From contig MU058198.1 of assembly GCA_013265495.1 (NCBI GenBank), forward strand, positions 3,236,419 through 3,300,418: a DNA stretch of 64,000 nucleotides, in the 5' to 3' direction. The notes under the pieces are model-generated. The model was not told where the DNA came from. It did no database searches and worked only from the letters and a program-made list of their open reading frames with translations. The translations under genes and the position numbers were made by a program. Origin of the DNA: Vicugna vicugna. Taxonomy: Eukaryota. Below are positions 51,066 to 64,000 of this stretch, in pieces (position 1 is the stretch's first letter; every line of letters starts with the position of its first letter).

Positions 51066-52393
51066 TATCTCACAGTCTGGTTTACCTGCAAAAAAAATCT
51101 CTCCTAGGAGAGAGAGAGAGAGAGAAGAGCAACAGAGCCAGGGGCCATGTGTAACACCCCAGGCCCCAGTGCCAGAAGAGGACTTCAAGACTGATCAACC
51201 ATTCATTTCCTGTCAATTTTTAAACTGGATGGGAATTGCAAACTGAAAACATAGGGTTGAATTCACCTGGCAAAGTGATCTGGCATGTGCAAGTTGCTTA
51301 AAAATTTAAATTTGATCACCTTTGACCTCAAGAATGGGTTTAGACAATAATTAGATCACACACAAACCCACCCACACACAACCCAGAAAACCAGGTACCA
51401 AGTGCCTCTTAACACCACCTATGAAATATTCTTGCTCCCATCACAGCCCCCAATGGAACTTCAATCTGAATGTGTAAGAAATCAGGAATTTCAGAAATAT
51501 CATGAACAGAGAAACATTAAATACCATGGGAGATGCCATCAGAAAATTGAGACCAAGAAAAACTCCAGCAAGCCAAAGGACATGTTCTTCATGCACGAAA
51601 TAAAGAACGAAGGGGGGAGGTGGGGGTGCTATCCACCAAAAGAGACTTAAATATCAACCAATAACAAAGCATGTTTTTTTTCTTTCTCAGTTCTGATTTA
51701 GAACAAACTTAAAAAAAAAAAAAAAAGAAAAAAAAAAAGAGGGTTAGGGTCAGAAAGAAATGCTCAGGGAAATGTGAACGCTGATAGATTACTTTGAAAT
51801 GTTTGGAATTTGCTTAAAAACAGAACTGGGGTCAGGGGGAGTACAAAGGGACCGAGCAGTACAGATAAAACAGGAGCAAAAGCCTGGCCATGGGTTGGTA
51901 ATGATTAACAAAAGGTGAAGAGTACACGGGAATGGAAGAATAAACCCTTTTACATCTTTTTAGACTTAATACAAGTTGGAAATGTTTCAGTCCCTGTGTA
52001 CAGCATTACAGTTCTCCACGGTCCCTTCTACACAACAGCCACCTCACTAACCACCCCCAGCCCAGCCCCCGAGGCCACTGAGGGTGTGAAACCTCCCCCA
52101 TGTGCCCCTCACTGCTGTTAGACCTGCAGTGTTATCTTCTTTCTTCCATCCCCTTCACACCCAATCCACACGGTATGCTTTCCACCCTTCGTATGCTTTC
52201 AGACCTGCTGATTTCTTGTTCAAGCCTAGATTCCTCTGAAGTCAGAAGAATCAACTCAGGTCACTACCTCCCCAAGCCCAACCACCACACAGCCCAGAGG
52301 CCACGGCCTGGCTTCCGGCACCAGCAGCACAGCAGGAAGTGCGTCTGTCCCGCGCCCTGGGTGCTGGCCACACGTGGGGACCAAGGCCCTCAC

Positions 52394-52475
52394 CCAGCGC
52401 GTCGTCGTCGTCGGTGGTATCGCTCGCCAGCCGGAACAGGGTGGGCCGCAGCTTCTCACACCTCTCGTACACGAC
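52394..52475 (-). CDS. GGA2: GGA2 exon 9 (VVYERCEKLRPTLFRLASDTTDDDDAL)
   Basis: TTTCTAG| acceptor, G|GTGAG donor; 82 nt. Confidence 0.96.
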
Positions 52476-53769
52476 CTAGAAAACAGAGCTTGCTCGTCAC
52501 ACACCTGGCCCCACGGCGAGGCCCTGGGCGTGATGCGGCGGAGTCTGGGCAGTCTGTCCCCAGTTCATGATGCAGGTGTTTGTCTCAGGAGTATGGGCTA
52601 CAGTTAACCATTTTTTAAAAGTATTTCAAAAAGGTGACAAGACCTTGGTTCAGAACAGAATTGAAAGTCTCAGTGTGTATAGCACTCTCTCTTCAAGTTC
52701 TCTTTTCTGTGACCCCACAGCTGCAGAACAGCTTTTAACAACGCGATGACCCTGCAGTGACTGCCCCGGCTTTAAAACTAACATCCAGTCTTGCCATCCA
52801 GTTCCTGTCCAACGCCAGCAGTCCCTTTACAGCAACTCTCCCGCGAGCCCCACCGCAGGTTCTCCGGGAACTAAATCTCACTCTCCTCAGAAACAGCTGG
52901 GAAATCTCCTCCTCTTCCCAGGGAGTGCACCCCGGACAACTTCACCCTCCACATACCGTTAAGGCAGACAGACAGCTTCCGTATTTAGGCTTCCTTCCTT
53001 GCAGGGAAGCTCAACTAACTAACTGACCACTCCAGGCCTCCCTCTGCTTGCAGCCCCCTCTCCCAGGGCTGGTGAAGGGACGTATCTGACTGGTGAGTCT
53101 GGGAGAGGGCGCCCCTTCCTCCTGCTTTGCTCTTGAGAGCTAACTGCCAATACAGGAGCCGCATTTGGCTTGGCTCCTACCTGCCAATGCTTATTTGCCC
53201 CATTTTCCGAAGTCAGCTCCATGCATTATAAAGATGGAGTTTTGTTTCTTGCCCCCTCTCCGGTCTTGGAGCTGGTTATCATGTGGGCGGGGCTTGGGGG
53301 GAGGCTGTGCTGTGTAAAAGCCCAACAAGCCGACCGACCTCCCTGAGGGGCTCTGGGGCAAGCCCACCCCGGGCACGAGCTTCGGCGTGTCTGCCTGGCC
53401 CGAGCCCGCCCGCTCTGCGGAGTGCTGCCCCCCAGCCACAGAAGGCCAGCAGGAGCTTCTCTAACCACCCAACCGAAGTCACAGCTGACTGCGCGTAGAT
53501 ACGTGAGCCAAGCTGGCCAGACAGACTTCCCTCTCGGGAACTGGGTAAGACACCAATTCCTTTGTGAAACAGAAGAACAGGTAAACTAAGGACCCACGTG
53601 AAGGCCGTCTCTCCTGCGCAGAGACGCGTAAGAAGCTGGAAAGCAGAGAGGCAGAGTGGGGAGGCCCAGAGAGACCAAGGAGGGCAGCCCCAGATGGCAT
53701 CTCAGTGCTGCCGCCACCTGCTGCACCACGTGGTGGCGTCTTGGCTGTGGCACCAAAAGCACCAGCAAC

Positions 53770-54600
53770 AAAAGAAAAAAGATAAACTGAACTTCAAAAT
53801 AAAAAACTTTTGTTTTCAAAGACACTGTCAAGACAGTAAAAAGACAACCTACAGAAGAGGAGAAAATTGTCTGACAAGGACTTGTATCCAGAATATATAA
53901 AGAACGTTTAAAATATTCTTGTTAGATAGCGGTGACGGTTGCTTTTAGTTATATAAATTCTCAATAAATGTATTAAAAAGAAAGATCTCAAGATGTGTAA
54001 ACATGGAGGAATGGGAACTCTCATACACTGCTGTTATAAAATGGTACAACCACTTTGGAAAACAGTTTGGCAGTTTCTTAAAAAGTTAACTATACACGTA
54101 GCATATGGCCCAGCAATCCCACACCTAGGCACCCTAGGTGTACACCCACACAGAACCCAGTACACAACTGTTTACAGCAGTTCAATTCATAATCACCCCA
54201 AGATGGAAACCACTCAAATATCCATCAACAGATGAATGGATACACATACTGCGGCACATGCACTCAGCAGAGCACCACTGAGCAACAAACAGGTATAGAC
54301 TCCTGATTCACATGGCACACCTGGATCTCATTATATCAAGGGGGAGAACCCAGACCAAAAGAAAAGGGAATGCTGTATCATTCCACTTGTCTAAAAGTCT
54401 AGGAAATATAAACTAATCAGAACAGAAAGCACATCAGTGACTGCTTGGGGGTGGGGAGACGGAGGAACAGGAGGGAGGGATGACCAAGGGGAATGAGGAA
54501 GTTTAGGGGTGGGGGGTGAGGGACATGTTTACTGCTGTGATTGTGACGGCTTCCTGGACATATACATGTCAAAACATATCAATTACCCTGTAAAAGTGCG
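53770..54600 (+). mobile_element. Old L1 3' fragments in GGA2 intron 8
   Basis: AAATGGTACAACCACTTTGGAAAACAGTTTGGCAGTTTC; CCATCAACAGATGAATGGATA. Confidence 0.75.
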
Positions 54601-54664
54601 CATTTTCTAGTATCTCTAGTATGTACCCAGTGCTGTCTGAATTGTTTGTTTTCAGAAAGAGTAC

Positions 54665-54802
54665 CTGCAAGGCCTCCTGGTCTGGCGGGGCCTGCCCTGG
54701 CCTGCGGTACACGCTCAGCATCTCCTGCAGGACTTTCACGTGGCTCCGCACTTCCTCCACAGTGCTCAGCCTCTTGGACACCTTCTCTGATTTTTCTTGT
54801 TC
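54665..54802 (-). CDS. GGA2: GGA2 exon 8 (EQEKSEKVSKRLSTVEEVRSHVKVLQEM...DQEALQ)
   Basis: CCCAAAAG| acceptor, CAG|GTACT donor; 138 nt. Confidence 0.95.
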
Positions 54803-55284
54803 CTTTTGGGAGAAAAGAAGAGCATGGGAGAGAGGGCACAGAAGACCTGGATAAAGCATGAATAAGGCAGGGACAGGCACCGCAGCATCGCACTGTGGAG
54901 AGCTCAGGGAGGCCACCACAACACTCGGCGGAATTCCTGGGACAGACAGTGCAGGGTGCGGACCTGGCCATCTGCTCCTTCGCACCACCAGCTTTAACCC
55001 CTCCGAGAAACAGACTCCCCAGCCTGGGCTCTCACACCAACACTGGTCAGTGGGACAGAAGCTGGCATCCATGAAATGCTTTGAGCTCTGGGACAGATGT
55101 CCTTAGGAAGCACACAGCACGGTTTCTGCTTCCAGTCACCATTCTGCTACCCTTCAGGGAGCCCACAGCTGCTCCCTAGTTCAGGGCTGGGTGGCCATCC
55201 CTTCTCGCAGCCAACTGTGCACCAGCCCCCTGAAGCACACACACACATGCACTGATTCTGCAGAACCCACTGGAAAATGCCCAC

Positions 55285-55365
55285 CTCCTTGACCAAATTC
55301 TTGATTAGCCGGTTTGCAGCCTGAAGATCCTCAGGATGGCTGCTCTTCAGAAGCCTTGTCAGAAG
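55285..55365 (-). CDS. GGA2: GGA2 exon 7, N-GAT / ARF-binding region (LLTRLLKSSHPEDLQAANRLIKNLVKE)
   Basis: TTTCAG| acceptor, GAG|GTGGG donor; 81 nt. Confidence 0.96.
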
Positions 55366-55544
55366 CTGAAAAGGAAACAAGACCAGGTGAAATTAATTCC
55401 CCCAGTGTCAAATGGCCCAGAGTGGCAGCACCAGCAGTAACAGAATTAACACTAACAGCTCGCACATTTCACATGCATTACAGCTCCCCAAATCCTCACA
55501 GCAGTAACACAGTAGTCAGTATCAGGACTACCCTCCCGAGACCA

Positions 55545-55755
55545 CCGGTGCTCAGTGGGGCAAGGAGGTGGAGAAGTATATCCGCCAGGGGACATCCAGC
55601 AATGTCCTGAGATGATTGCGGCTGTTACAACTGGGGGTGCATTGGCATCTAGTGGGTGGAGGCCAGGGACACTGTAACATCCTATCCTGTGGTACACAAC
55701 CGCCCCAACAAGAAAACCACCTGGCCCAAAATGCCAATAGTGCTGAGGTTGTCCT
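55545..55755 (-). mobile_element. MER20 hAT MITE
   Basis: GGCATCTAGTGGGTGGAGGCCAGGGA...GGCCCAAAATGCCAATAGTGCTGAGGTTG. Confidence 0.7.
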
Positions 55756-56345
55756 GGACCACATGCTGTGATGTGACAGACCCTGGCAACCTTGTCCACT
55801 TTATTTCTAGTGCCTAGCTAAATGCCTGGCACAGAGGAGTCACTCAATCTTCGTTGGATGGATGGCAGGAAAGATGGAGATACTGAGGCCCAGAGAGTTT
55901 AAGTAGCTTAGTTGACACAAAAGTATCTTTCTCAGAAGCTCATGCCACACCTCCTCCCCAGCTCCTCCCACCCTCTGCAACTGTACAGCACTGGGAGAGG
56001 AGCCCCCTGGGAAAGGCAGCCCAGAGCCTAGCACAGCTCTGCTCATTCTGCCTACAGCCAGCAGCTAGATCCAAGGGAAGGGCAGACCCATGCCGAGAGG
56101 TGTCGCTGAAGGCAGAGGGTACCAAAGGCACGGGGTACTTAATACTTGGCCTACCCATGAAAAAACACCCGGACCTTATGCTACCTCACTCATTAGCACC
56201 CCCTCCAGAGGGAGCTCACAACCTACCTCCCCACACTCTCCCACACTTTGGTTCAGGGATCAAGGGACATTTCAGGAGAGTCCCTAAAAGGAGGAGCCTG
56301 GTCAGACTCCAGGTAGGCCACCAAGGTCAGGAAGAAGCGCCTTAC

Positions 56346-56449
56346 CTTTGATTTTTCTTCATCAGCATCGAAGATGGAGCTCTTGGGCCAGGGAGAAGGT
56401 GGGGGCAAGATTTTATCCACTGGCAGTTTAGGGTCTTGCTTTATGATTC
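56346..56449 (-). CDS. GGA2: GGA2 exon 6 (GIIKQDPKLPVDKILPPPSPWPKSSIFDADEEKSK)
   Basis: TTTTAG| acceptor, AAG|GTAAG donor; 104 nt. Confidence 0.96.
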
Positions 56450-57240
56450 CTAAAACATGCAATTCATAAAGTTATACTGACACAGGCACCCGCTGACTTC
56501 AGCAGGATCCAGTATAAAGTCCAGAAACCCCTGATTCCTGATGACCCTCCAGGAAAACACTGTCAATGACCGAAAAGGAATACATCCAGGGTATGATCAA
56601 AGCTCTGCATCCTCCCTCAGGAGAATCCACGGAACCAGCGCAAAGATGGGCACGTCAGAGCCAACTACATCAGAGCAGAACCAGACCCTAAGGCTAGTGG
56701 ACTACAGTCCTTACGCTATAAAACTACTGATCATTTTATGAAGATCATAAACTCCCAGGGCCCAGAAACTAGTGCAGGATCCCTGGTACTCCTAGAGGTG
56801 TTACGTGAGTGCATGTGACAGGAAGACAGTCCATCCCGAATCCAGGTCCCTCTTTCTACAGAGCCCAAGAGAAAAGGAACGTGGACTCCCAGCTTCCACA
56901 CAGGACACCCCCTGGGGCCCGCAACACAGGAAGAACAGGCTCATTCTCCACGGTCTTCCCAAAAAGAATGGGAGAGACTGGATGTTCCACTAAAATCCTC
57001 CTCTCCCCAGAAGGGAAGCCTCACTCTGCTGGGGGAAGAACCAACCCTGCTGTCCTCCGAGCAGTGGTGAGAACCTGCTGCAGCTGGAAAAAAGGGACAA
57101 AAAAAAGCCTGTGCCCCGTGGGAAGGGGCAGGAACATGTCTTGGGCTCAGACCCGAGTTGGGGTGAGGCGGGGTCACACACAGGTCCCACTAAGGCCAGC
57201 GACACGGTGCCTGCCAAGATCAAGGCTTAATCAGAACAGA

Positions 57241-57262
57241 ACCACCACCACCACCACCACCA
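57241..57262 (+). repeat. (ACC)7 microsatellite
   Basis: Seen directly. Confidence 0.85.
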
Positions 57263-57675
57263 GGCTTACGGGCACAGGGTAACAAGTCGTAACGGCCTAC
57301 TGTCAGGAAAGGCAACGGGATGAGACACCTCTGAGGTGTGGAGCAGAAGACACCCAAAGCTAAGAGTGGAGCAGATATTGAGAGAAACTCTCTAGCAAAT
57401 CAGCCCTCAGCCTAAACACAAGCTAACACTCGTATTTGAAACCTGGTATATAGAGGGTAACCATAGCAACAACTATCTCAAACCCAGCCCAACTCCTGCC
57501 TACCAGAGGGAAAGGTCTGCCCACTTCCAAGGATGAAAAGTACTTGTGTCGGCCTCTAGTGCTGTGTCTGCTGGACACAAGGTCTCCAGCTTTCACCCAA
57601 AATGACAAAGCACAGGAAAAGGCAAGAAGGAACCACTGTGAACGGGCAGTGCGATGTTAAGTACAGCAGCCAGAC

Positions 57676-57799
57676 CTTGCTTCTTCAGCATCTGGTAAGC
57701 ATCTCGGATCTTGATGTCTTCTGGAAACCACACTGTCCAACTGAAGAGTATTTCAATGACTCTTCCTTTCACTTTTTCTGTGGTCCAGGAGCCTAGGTA
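57676..57799 (-). CDS. GGA2: GGA2 exon 5 (YLGSWTTEKVKGRVIEILFSWTVWFPEDIKIRDAYQMLKKQ)
   Basis: TTTCAG| acceptor, G|GTCTG donor; 124 nt. Confidence 0.95.
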
Positions 57800-58199
57800 C
57801 TGAAAACAAAAAGGCAAGAAAATTACAGAGCTGGAAGGGGCTTAGCAGGCTGCCCGGCCCAAACTATCACTGAAGAGATGGCTGCTTGAGGCCCAGGGAA
57901 GGGAGCTGCCCGAGGCTGGCTGAAAGCTGAGGCAAAGCCAGAGGCCAAATTATCTGGGACTCAGCCCCAGGGCTCTCTCTGGGTTTCAAGGAGCCAACCT
58001 CTAAGGCCACTAAAATTCAATCCCACCATATAGTGGCCTAGGTTACAGCCACTGCGGACACTCATTTTTTGACTGGGGCGAGTGTAGGATAAAAGAAGGT
58101 ATTTGGAATATAAACAAGGTGAAGTGAAAGGAATTGCTGAAACTCAAGTGTTTTGAACCATTATTTCTCAAAAAATCCTTTTAAGATTAAATAGAAGGA

Positions 58200-58600
58200 T
58201 TATGGGGATCAAAAAAAAAAACAATATATCTGATTATATCTGATCCTTGTCCCCAGTTCCTGGCACGGAAGCTCTGCTCCCCCTTCACCCCCAAGACCTT
58301 GGCCTATGTATCTCTTTCATTTATATCCTTTATAACAAAGGGATATTAGTAAGTATAGTGCTTCCCTGTGTTCTGTGAATCTTTTGAGTGAATTATGGAA
58401 CCTGGAGGAGGGGCTCAGAGGAACCTCTGAACTTGTAGTTGGTCAGGAAGAAGTGCAAGCAGCTTGGGGATCCCTAAGACCCACTGGTGTCCGAAGTAGG
58501 GGTACAGGTAGGACTGAGCTGTTAACCTGTGGGGTCTGTCCTAACTTTGAGTAGTTATTATCAGAAATGAATTAAATCACAGGACACACAGTGGAGAGAA
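58200..58600 (+). mobile_element. MER21-like LTR fragment
   Basis: TGTCCCCAGTTCCTGGCAC...GTGTTCTGTGA...AACCTGTGGGGTCTG. Confidence 0.5.
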
Positions 58601-59044
58601 TTGCTGGCAAGTGGCAAAGGAAATCTCCATTACTGTCAGTTACCTGGAAATGGTGTTGCTAAGACAGGTGCCAGGAGAAAGGGTTACGGAGAACAAGGAA
58701 AGAAGGAAACTTACAGCTACACCTGACATCTCTTGCTCTCTACCAGGAAACCTGTGCCCATCAGCTAGAGTTCCTCACCCGCCTCTAGGACACCCATCTA
58801 TCAGGCCATTTTTAAAGGGAGAATCTGAAAATGCTAACAATCCAAGGGCAGGGATCAGCTGATGACTGCAACCATCATAACACACCTTGGAGGAAAGTTT
58901 TCACCTCTCAGCTCTCACAAACCTGGGACAGGCTGGCAGGTTCTGTCCATAAGCAGGCCTGCTTCTAGGCCAAGAAGGGTGACAGGAGTTTGAAGGTTGG
59001 GGGGCGCACAGTACAGTGAGCAGGGCCAAGCCCAGGGGACGCAC

Positions 59045-59143
59045 CTTTGGGGACAATACTTTGATGAGCTCATTCAGGAAGCGGAACTTGGCCACCTCGT
59101 TGTGGAACTTCTCTCCGCAATGGTTCACACACATCTCCAGCAC
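59045..59143 (-). CDS. GGA2: GGA2 exon 4 (VLEMCVNHCGEKFHNEVAKFRFLNELIKVLSPK)
   Basis: TGCAG| acceptor, AAG|GTGCG donor; 99 nt. Confidence 0.96.
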
Positions 59144-60039
59144 CTGCACAGACACAGGACCTCCAGAGAAGGGGAAAACCGTTGGCCCCAGGGTTCATCT
59201 CAAACCTGGTAAGTATCTGCTGGAACCATGGCTCAAGACTATGAGGACACTAAAGTGTGGGAGAAAAGGTGACGCTTTCAGATTAAGAAAAAAAAGTGCC
59301 TGTTTGCTCTTGTAATAGATAGGTTTGTGCCCAGGAAACAGCTCAGTGGGGGTACCCTAAAATCACTCCACCTTTTAAGGAGACCCCTTGGCCAGGTGAA
59401 ACTGGTCAGGGAATCGCTTCCTCCTTTCTCCTCAGAGGCAGAAACTGGATATGTAATACCCAAGAACTGTTAAACTACAGGTCACCTGCTGGCACGCAAG
59501 TGACAAGTTGGACCTGTAAATGTTTTCTTTGGTCTACACTATTATTTAACAGTTAATAGTCACCAATACTGAAAAATTCAGAGAATTCATATAAAAATCT
59601 GGATTTCTGGTTTCTCTTAAAAAATAAAAACAGAAACCCAGGAAGTTCTAGCAACACTGGGCCCAATCTCAGGCCCAGCAGCAGCCAGCCTGCCCTGCAC
59701 CGCAGCTGCCCTCTCTGGACCAGGCATGGGCTCTCCAGGTCTTTGGTTCCCACCCAGTGCCTCATTCATTTTTGCTACCAGTCTGGCCTGGTGGACACCT
59801 GACCTCGCCAGCTCTGGTCTGGAAAGGGCAAAAGGAAATGAAGCCTTCTTTTCCTTCTCCCAAAGCAGGCTCAACACTACTCTCCAGTAACAGATCCAGG
59901 ATGGGACAAGCCGAGCCCAGAATTCCGCCCCGCCTGTTTTTGTAAGGCCAGTGAAGGTGAACCTCTCAGAGGCTCTCCCCGCACCAAAACACTAGCCTTG
60001 GGACAAGAGAGCTTAGGCTAAGAGGCAAGCCAAACTCAC

Positions 60040-60115
60040 CGTTAAGGCATAAAGAGCTTCCTTCTCTTGTGGAGACTGGATCTTGTGGGCCAGCAGCCAG
60101 GGCGCATGGGTTGGG
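60040..60115 (-). CDS. GGA2: GGA2 exon 3 (PTHAPWLLAHKIQSPQEKEALYALT)
   Basis: CCTTAG| acceptor, ACG|GTGAG donor; 76 nt. Confidence 0.95.
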
Positions 60116-60898
60116 CTAAGGGAAAACAAAGACACCTGGATTCTGGGCAGAGAGGACCATGCTCACAGGTCTGGCTGAGTACGCTCAGTACAGTCCCTTC
60201 TCCTCCAGGGGCTCAGGTCCCAGACTGGCCACGCATGAGCCCCCAAAGGAGGCCGACTCCCCCAACCCTTCTTGCAGCCATGCTTCCAGGGCACACCATC
60301 CCTCCAGCCACCCCACCCCTACAACTCCCAGACCTGCGCGTGATCAGGTGGTGAGCAGCACAGACCCAGTCTGTCACATGGTAACTGCTCAGGCAACACC
60401 ACGGCAAAAAGTGCGATCAAACTTCTTGCTCGTTTCAAAATGCTGACGAGTCAGCGCCATGGAGATGATACATCCGGATGACTGACTTGTTCCTTCAGTT
60501 CCCACCCAGATACTTTGGAAACCAAATTTAACAAAATCTTAGCCTTTTCCTGCCTTTTCTTCAGGGAGACGGCATTTAAATTATGAAGAACAAGCTGGTC
60601 CTTCGCGTTGCCAGGCACCCTGGCTATGTTCTATCCGTAACGCTCAGGTCTCCTCAGCAGCAGTGTTTCATAACACAATCTCACATTTTTAAAATAACTG
60701 CCAGTTCACAAATTGCCTATTCTGTTTAGAAAACCACATGAATTTGCTATTTCTAGAAAAATAATGTTCTCAGGGAAACATGGAGGGGGATTAAAAAAAA
60801 AGAAGGAAACGGAGCCCGGCTGTGCAGAACAATACCAAGACCCGGCAGCATGCAGTGTGAGTGCCCCGGAGCAGAGTCTGAGTGTGAAGCCGCCTTAC

Positions 60899-60983
60899 CC
60901 GTTAGGGTCAGTGTTCACCTGGTCACAGAAATTCTGGATGGCTGACCAATCTTGTTCTGACATGCTTGGGTCTGTGGCTTTAT
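60899..60983 (-). CDS. GGA2: GGA2 exon 2, VHS domain (KATDPSMSEQDWSAIQNFCDQVNTDPNG)
   Basis: TTGACAG| acceptor, GG|GTAAG donor; 85 nt. Confidence 0.95.
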
Positions 60984-63299
60984 CTGTCAAGGAAATAAAA
61001 AACGAAATTGAAGAAAGTATAATAAAGAAGAACATAACCACCCTCCTCCCCAAATGACAGCCAAAGGCGATGACAACCCACCTCGAGGGGATCAGGCCAG
61101 TGGGCAGACAGCTGGAAGGGACAGGGAGCTGTGCTGCTCACCACTGTCAGGCACAGTGCCTGGCCCAGGATACAGTCTCAGGGAATGTCTGCCAACCACG
61201 TGAACAAGCAAACTGGGTAACAAGTTGTTGTCCTGAAAGGGGCTGCAGTCCCAGCGCAGGGGGTAGCCGATGTGCACTTCTTCATGCCCAGGCCATTGGC
61301 CCTGCAATGATGATGGGCATGGGCCAGCACCTGGGGAGCTACCTGTAAGTTTCTCAGCTATGAGACAGGAGGACTAGAACATACCATGAGGCTCTAGGCT
61401 CTTCCTAGTCATCCCACCATGTCCTCAAAGTAACAGCTCTGAATCTGAGCCTCTGCTTACTGAAACCCTGACCATCCCATGTGAGAAGCCTCTTCACATG
61501 TCAGTGGCTTGTCCAGTCTGGCAAGAGATCTCCTCGCCTTCACTCTTCAAGATGCTATCCCTCTCTGCCACCTTACACAAGCCCAAGGAACCCACATCCA
61601 ATCATGCTAGGGTCTCCCGCACTGGAACATTCGTATTTGGATGGAATCTGAGGACATAGAGCATGAAGGCTATCAGGGCACAGCCAGGGGCAAGAGATAC
61701 CTGGAGAAAGAGGGGTTATCAGAAGGCCTAACGTGAGGCCAAGCTCCACTGAGGGGAGGGGCAACACCCGACCTTCCCAAAACAGGGGTGTGTGTATCTC
61801 TCCTGGTGCTAGATGGCAGCAGCTTCCTCTCCTCCCACTGCTGCCGCCAGGAATCCCTGCCCAGCAACAAGGATGCCCATTCCACACGTCCCGCCCCAGA
61901 CTGAACCAGGTCACATTCTCACAGAGGAGGTGCTAAGACTGTCTTTGTCCCACTTTTTCATAACATTTCCCCTACTCCCCACTCTCCAGCCCATCCTGGT
62001 CTACCTGCCTCTCCAATGAAATATCTTACTCGTCCTGACAGAGAAGCTCTTTCAAGCTCCGCAAACATGTAATTCTTAGGGTCGTACTTCTGATATCATT
62101 CCTCTTGCCTGAATATCCACTCTCTCCCCTTAAAATCCTATCCATTTCTCAAGGCCCATCGAATTTCCATCTCCACCCAAATACCTCCTCCTACTGCTCC
62201 AGCTGCTACTATTTCTCCTTCCTCCTGATTACTCCTCGGTCAACCAGAGCTGAGCTTTCCCTGACTGCAGGCACATTTCCATCATGTGGAAGTCATGTGA
62301 ATCCCCGCTCAACAATGAGATTCAAGAACAGGTACTCAATCACCCATCTTCCCCCCACCAACTCCATCTTAAGTGAAAAAAGAGACAACAAAGGAGAGCG
62401 AAGGCATCAGATTATCAATTCCCACATGCCCTTCACCTTTTTCCTCCTCAAAGCTCTTTCCCTATGTTCCATCTCTCGAAATGCTGTTCACCCTTGAAGT
62501 CCCAATTCAAAAGCCATTTCTTGATGAGGACTTCTTTGATCTCTTCATCTCCCACCCCCACAAAACAGAAGGCATCTCTTCCTTCTCAAAAGGCCCACAA
62601 TCTACACGCCCCACTTACATGATGGGATTTCTAGCTCCATCCCTTACTGGTTACATGTCCTTGGGCTCTCTGAGCCTGTTTTCCCAACCATAAAATATGG
62701 AAAACAGTACCTTCTTCATGCGCTAGTCATGAGATTTTTAAAAGATGGTGTCTAAATTACTTGGTATAGCAGCAAACATTAAGCAATCAATAAAGGAGAG
62801 CTAATCTTGTCATAACAGCCTCTGCCTCTTACCTTAAAAATACACAGGCCTTACTACACCTGAACTTCAAGAGTTTATTCAAAACTCAAAGGCAGAGGCC
62901 ACATATTCCCTATGGTACTTAGCACGATGCCTGACCTCCGGGTACAAAATAATTACTCATGAAATAAACTTAAAGCAATGATTCTCAGAGTCTGATTAAG
63001 AAGGTCTGACTCATCTAAAATAATCCTATACCATTTAAGCTTCATGAAGTTTCAGTTCACAACAAGGTCAAGCCTGACACCTCAAAGGCATCCGGCCTCA
63101 GTACATGGCTGGACCTGGGGGAAGGCAGGACCCCAGCTCACCAGGCAGAATCCAGCTCTCTCCCTCATCCTGCCACCACGCCACCAGCTTTTCCAAAGAA
63201 AGATAGAAGAAAACCTCTACAAGGCTAATAAATGTCCTAAAACCTTAACCAAGGCCAAGTAGCAAACAGATCTATAAAGTAAGACTTTTTATTTTATTT

Positions 63300-63345
63300 T
63301 ATATATATATATAAAATATATATATATATAGATATATATATATAT
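63300..63345 (+). repeat. Interrupted (TA)n microsatellite
   Basis: Seen directly. Confidence 0.85.
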
Positions 63346-63424
63346 CTCATGAGGATTCCCTCAAGGTTTATCACAGCCTCCAAATAATAGCAATAATCGT
63401 AACAGCTGTCCCACTTTTTTTTGT

Positions 63425-63620
63425 TTTTTAAGAACTTACTGTGGGCCAGACACCATGCTGAGTGAACACTCAAGCTTCCCTTTCCTGTAACCCTCAGAAC
63501 CACTGAGATTGGTACTATTAACTCACCACTTCACAGATGAAGAAATCTGCCCAGTCACAAAGCTAGAGAACGACAAACATTCAATCCCAGGTCTGCCTGA
63601 TTCCAGGGCCCAAGAGTTTC
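63425..63620 (-). mobile_element. MIR SINE (further MIRs at about 29750-29900, 31865-32040, 33800-34010, 43830-43990, 47280-47420)
   Basis: ACAGATGAAGAAA...ATTCAATCCCAGGTCTGCCTGATTCCAGGGCCC core. Confidence 0.6.
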
Positions 63621-64000
63621 TCATGGCTGAGTCTTCGGTTCCTTGACAAAGGCGGGGCCTCTTTGGGTAACTAGTTTCTATGACCTTCTTACCACTAAGC
63701 AAGTTATCAGCTACCCAAGGCAAGAATGTCCGTCTCACTCACCCTCCCATGCTCCAGCGCCTACAGCAGCCCTCAGCACGGCACGGCTATCTACGAATGA
63801 ATGAATGATTCATCTTCTGCTCTGCAGTCTGGCCAGTTGGCTGATACACTGCTGACACCAGGAGACGGCCATTCCAGTTCTGAAGTAACTGGGTCTCCGA
63901 ACACCTAATCCCACCCTGCCAAGCTATTTCAGGGGCCTTGAGCAGCTCCAAAGAAAATGACCCCCAGAGGACCAACAGCTGGGTCTGACCAGGCCATGGC

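Larger units (their letters stand above)
42758..60983 (-). other. GGA2: GGA2 gene span in window (coding exons 2-17; exon 1 right of the window)
   Basis: Sixteen exons join in frame (1751 nt to the stop) and encode the VHS, GAT, hinge (LIDLE, LLDLL clathrin boxes) and GAE domains, ending KDFPDLAVLGAA*. Confidence 0.97.

Noticed and set aside
50878..51246. 122-aa ORF as a domesticated hAT transposase
   Set aside because: Only about 30 aa resemble the hAT C-terminus; the rest runs into a GA repeat and unrelated sequence.
57457..57470. X-box-like GTAACCATAGCAAC in GGA2 intron 5
   Set aside because: It is an isolated motif in what looks like an old L1 5' relic, with no promoter context.
60984..64000. 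GGA2 exon 1 or promoter
   Set aside because: There is no CpG island or Ala-rich N-terminal coding sequence here; this is intron 1.

Overview
This is mammalian genomic DNA, not prokaryotic. Five copies of a tRNA-derived SINE resembling camelid Vic-1 suggest an alpaca, llama or camel source (inference). Two spliced Golgi-trafficking genes lie head-to-tail on the minus strand. GGA2 is represented by coding exons 2-17 (60983..42758); exon 1 lies beyond the right edge. COG7 is represented by its CpG-island promoter and coding exons 1-9 (33477..4371); later exons lie beyond the left edge. All 25 coding exons were delimited by hand, with GT-AG boundaries and continuous reading frames. The rest is intron or intergenic DNA full of L1, L2, MIR, MER/Charlie/Tigger and LTR relics, plus a 555-nt assembly gap. 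I found no evidence of a new multi-gene system. The most interesting smaller items are: (1) an RPL21 retrocopy that preserves a 43-nt GT-starting extension of exon 1 and lacks its 3' half; (2) a perfect 19-bp-stem hairpin in COG7 intron 6; (3) an 84-nt duplicated element downstream of the GGA2 stop whose 12 differences are all transitions; (4) a near-identical 373-bp tandem duplication beside the gap; (5) several nested insertions with clean target-site duplications. Repeat family names come from visual recognition and need RepeatMasker/Dfam confirmation.
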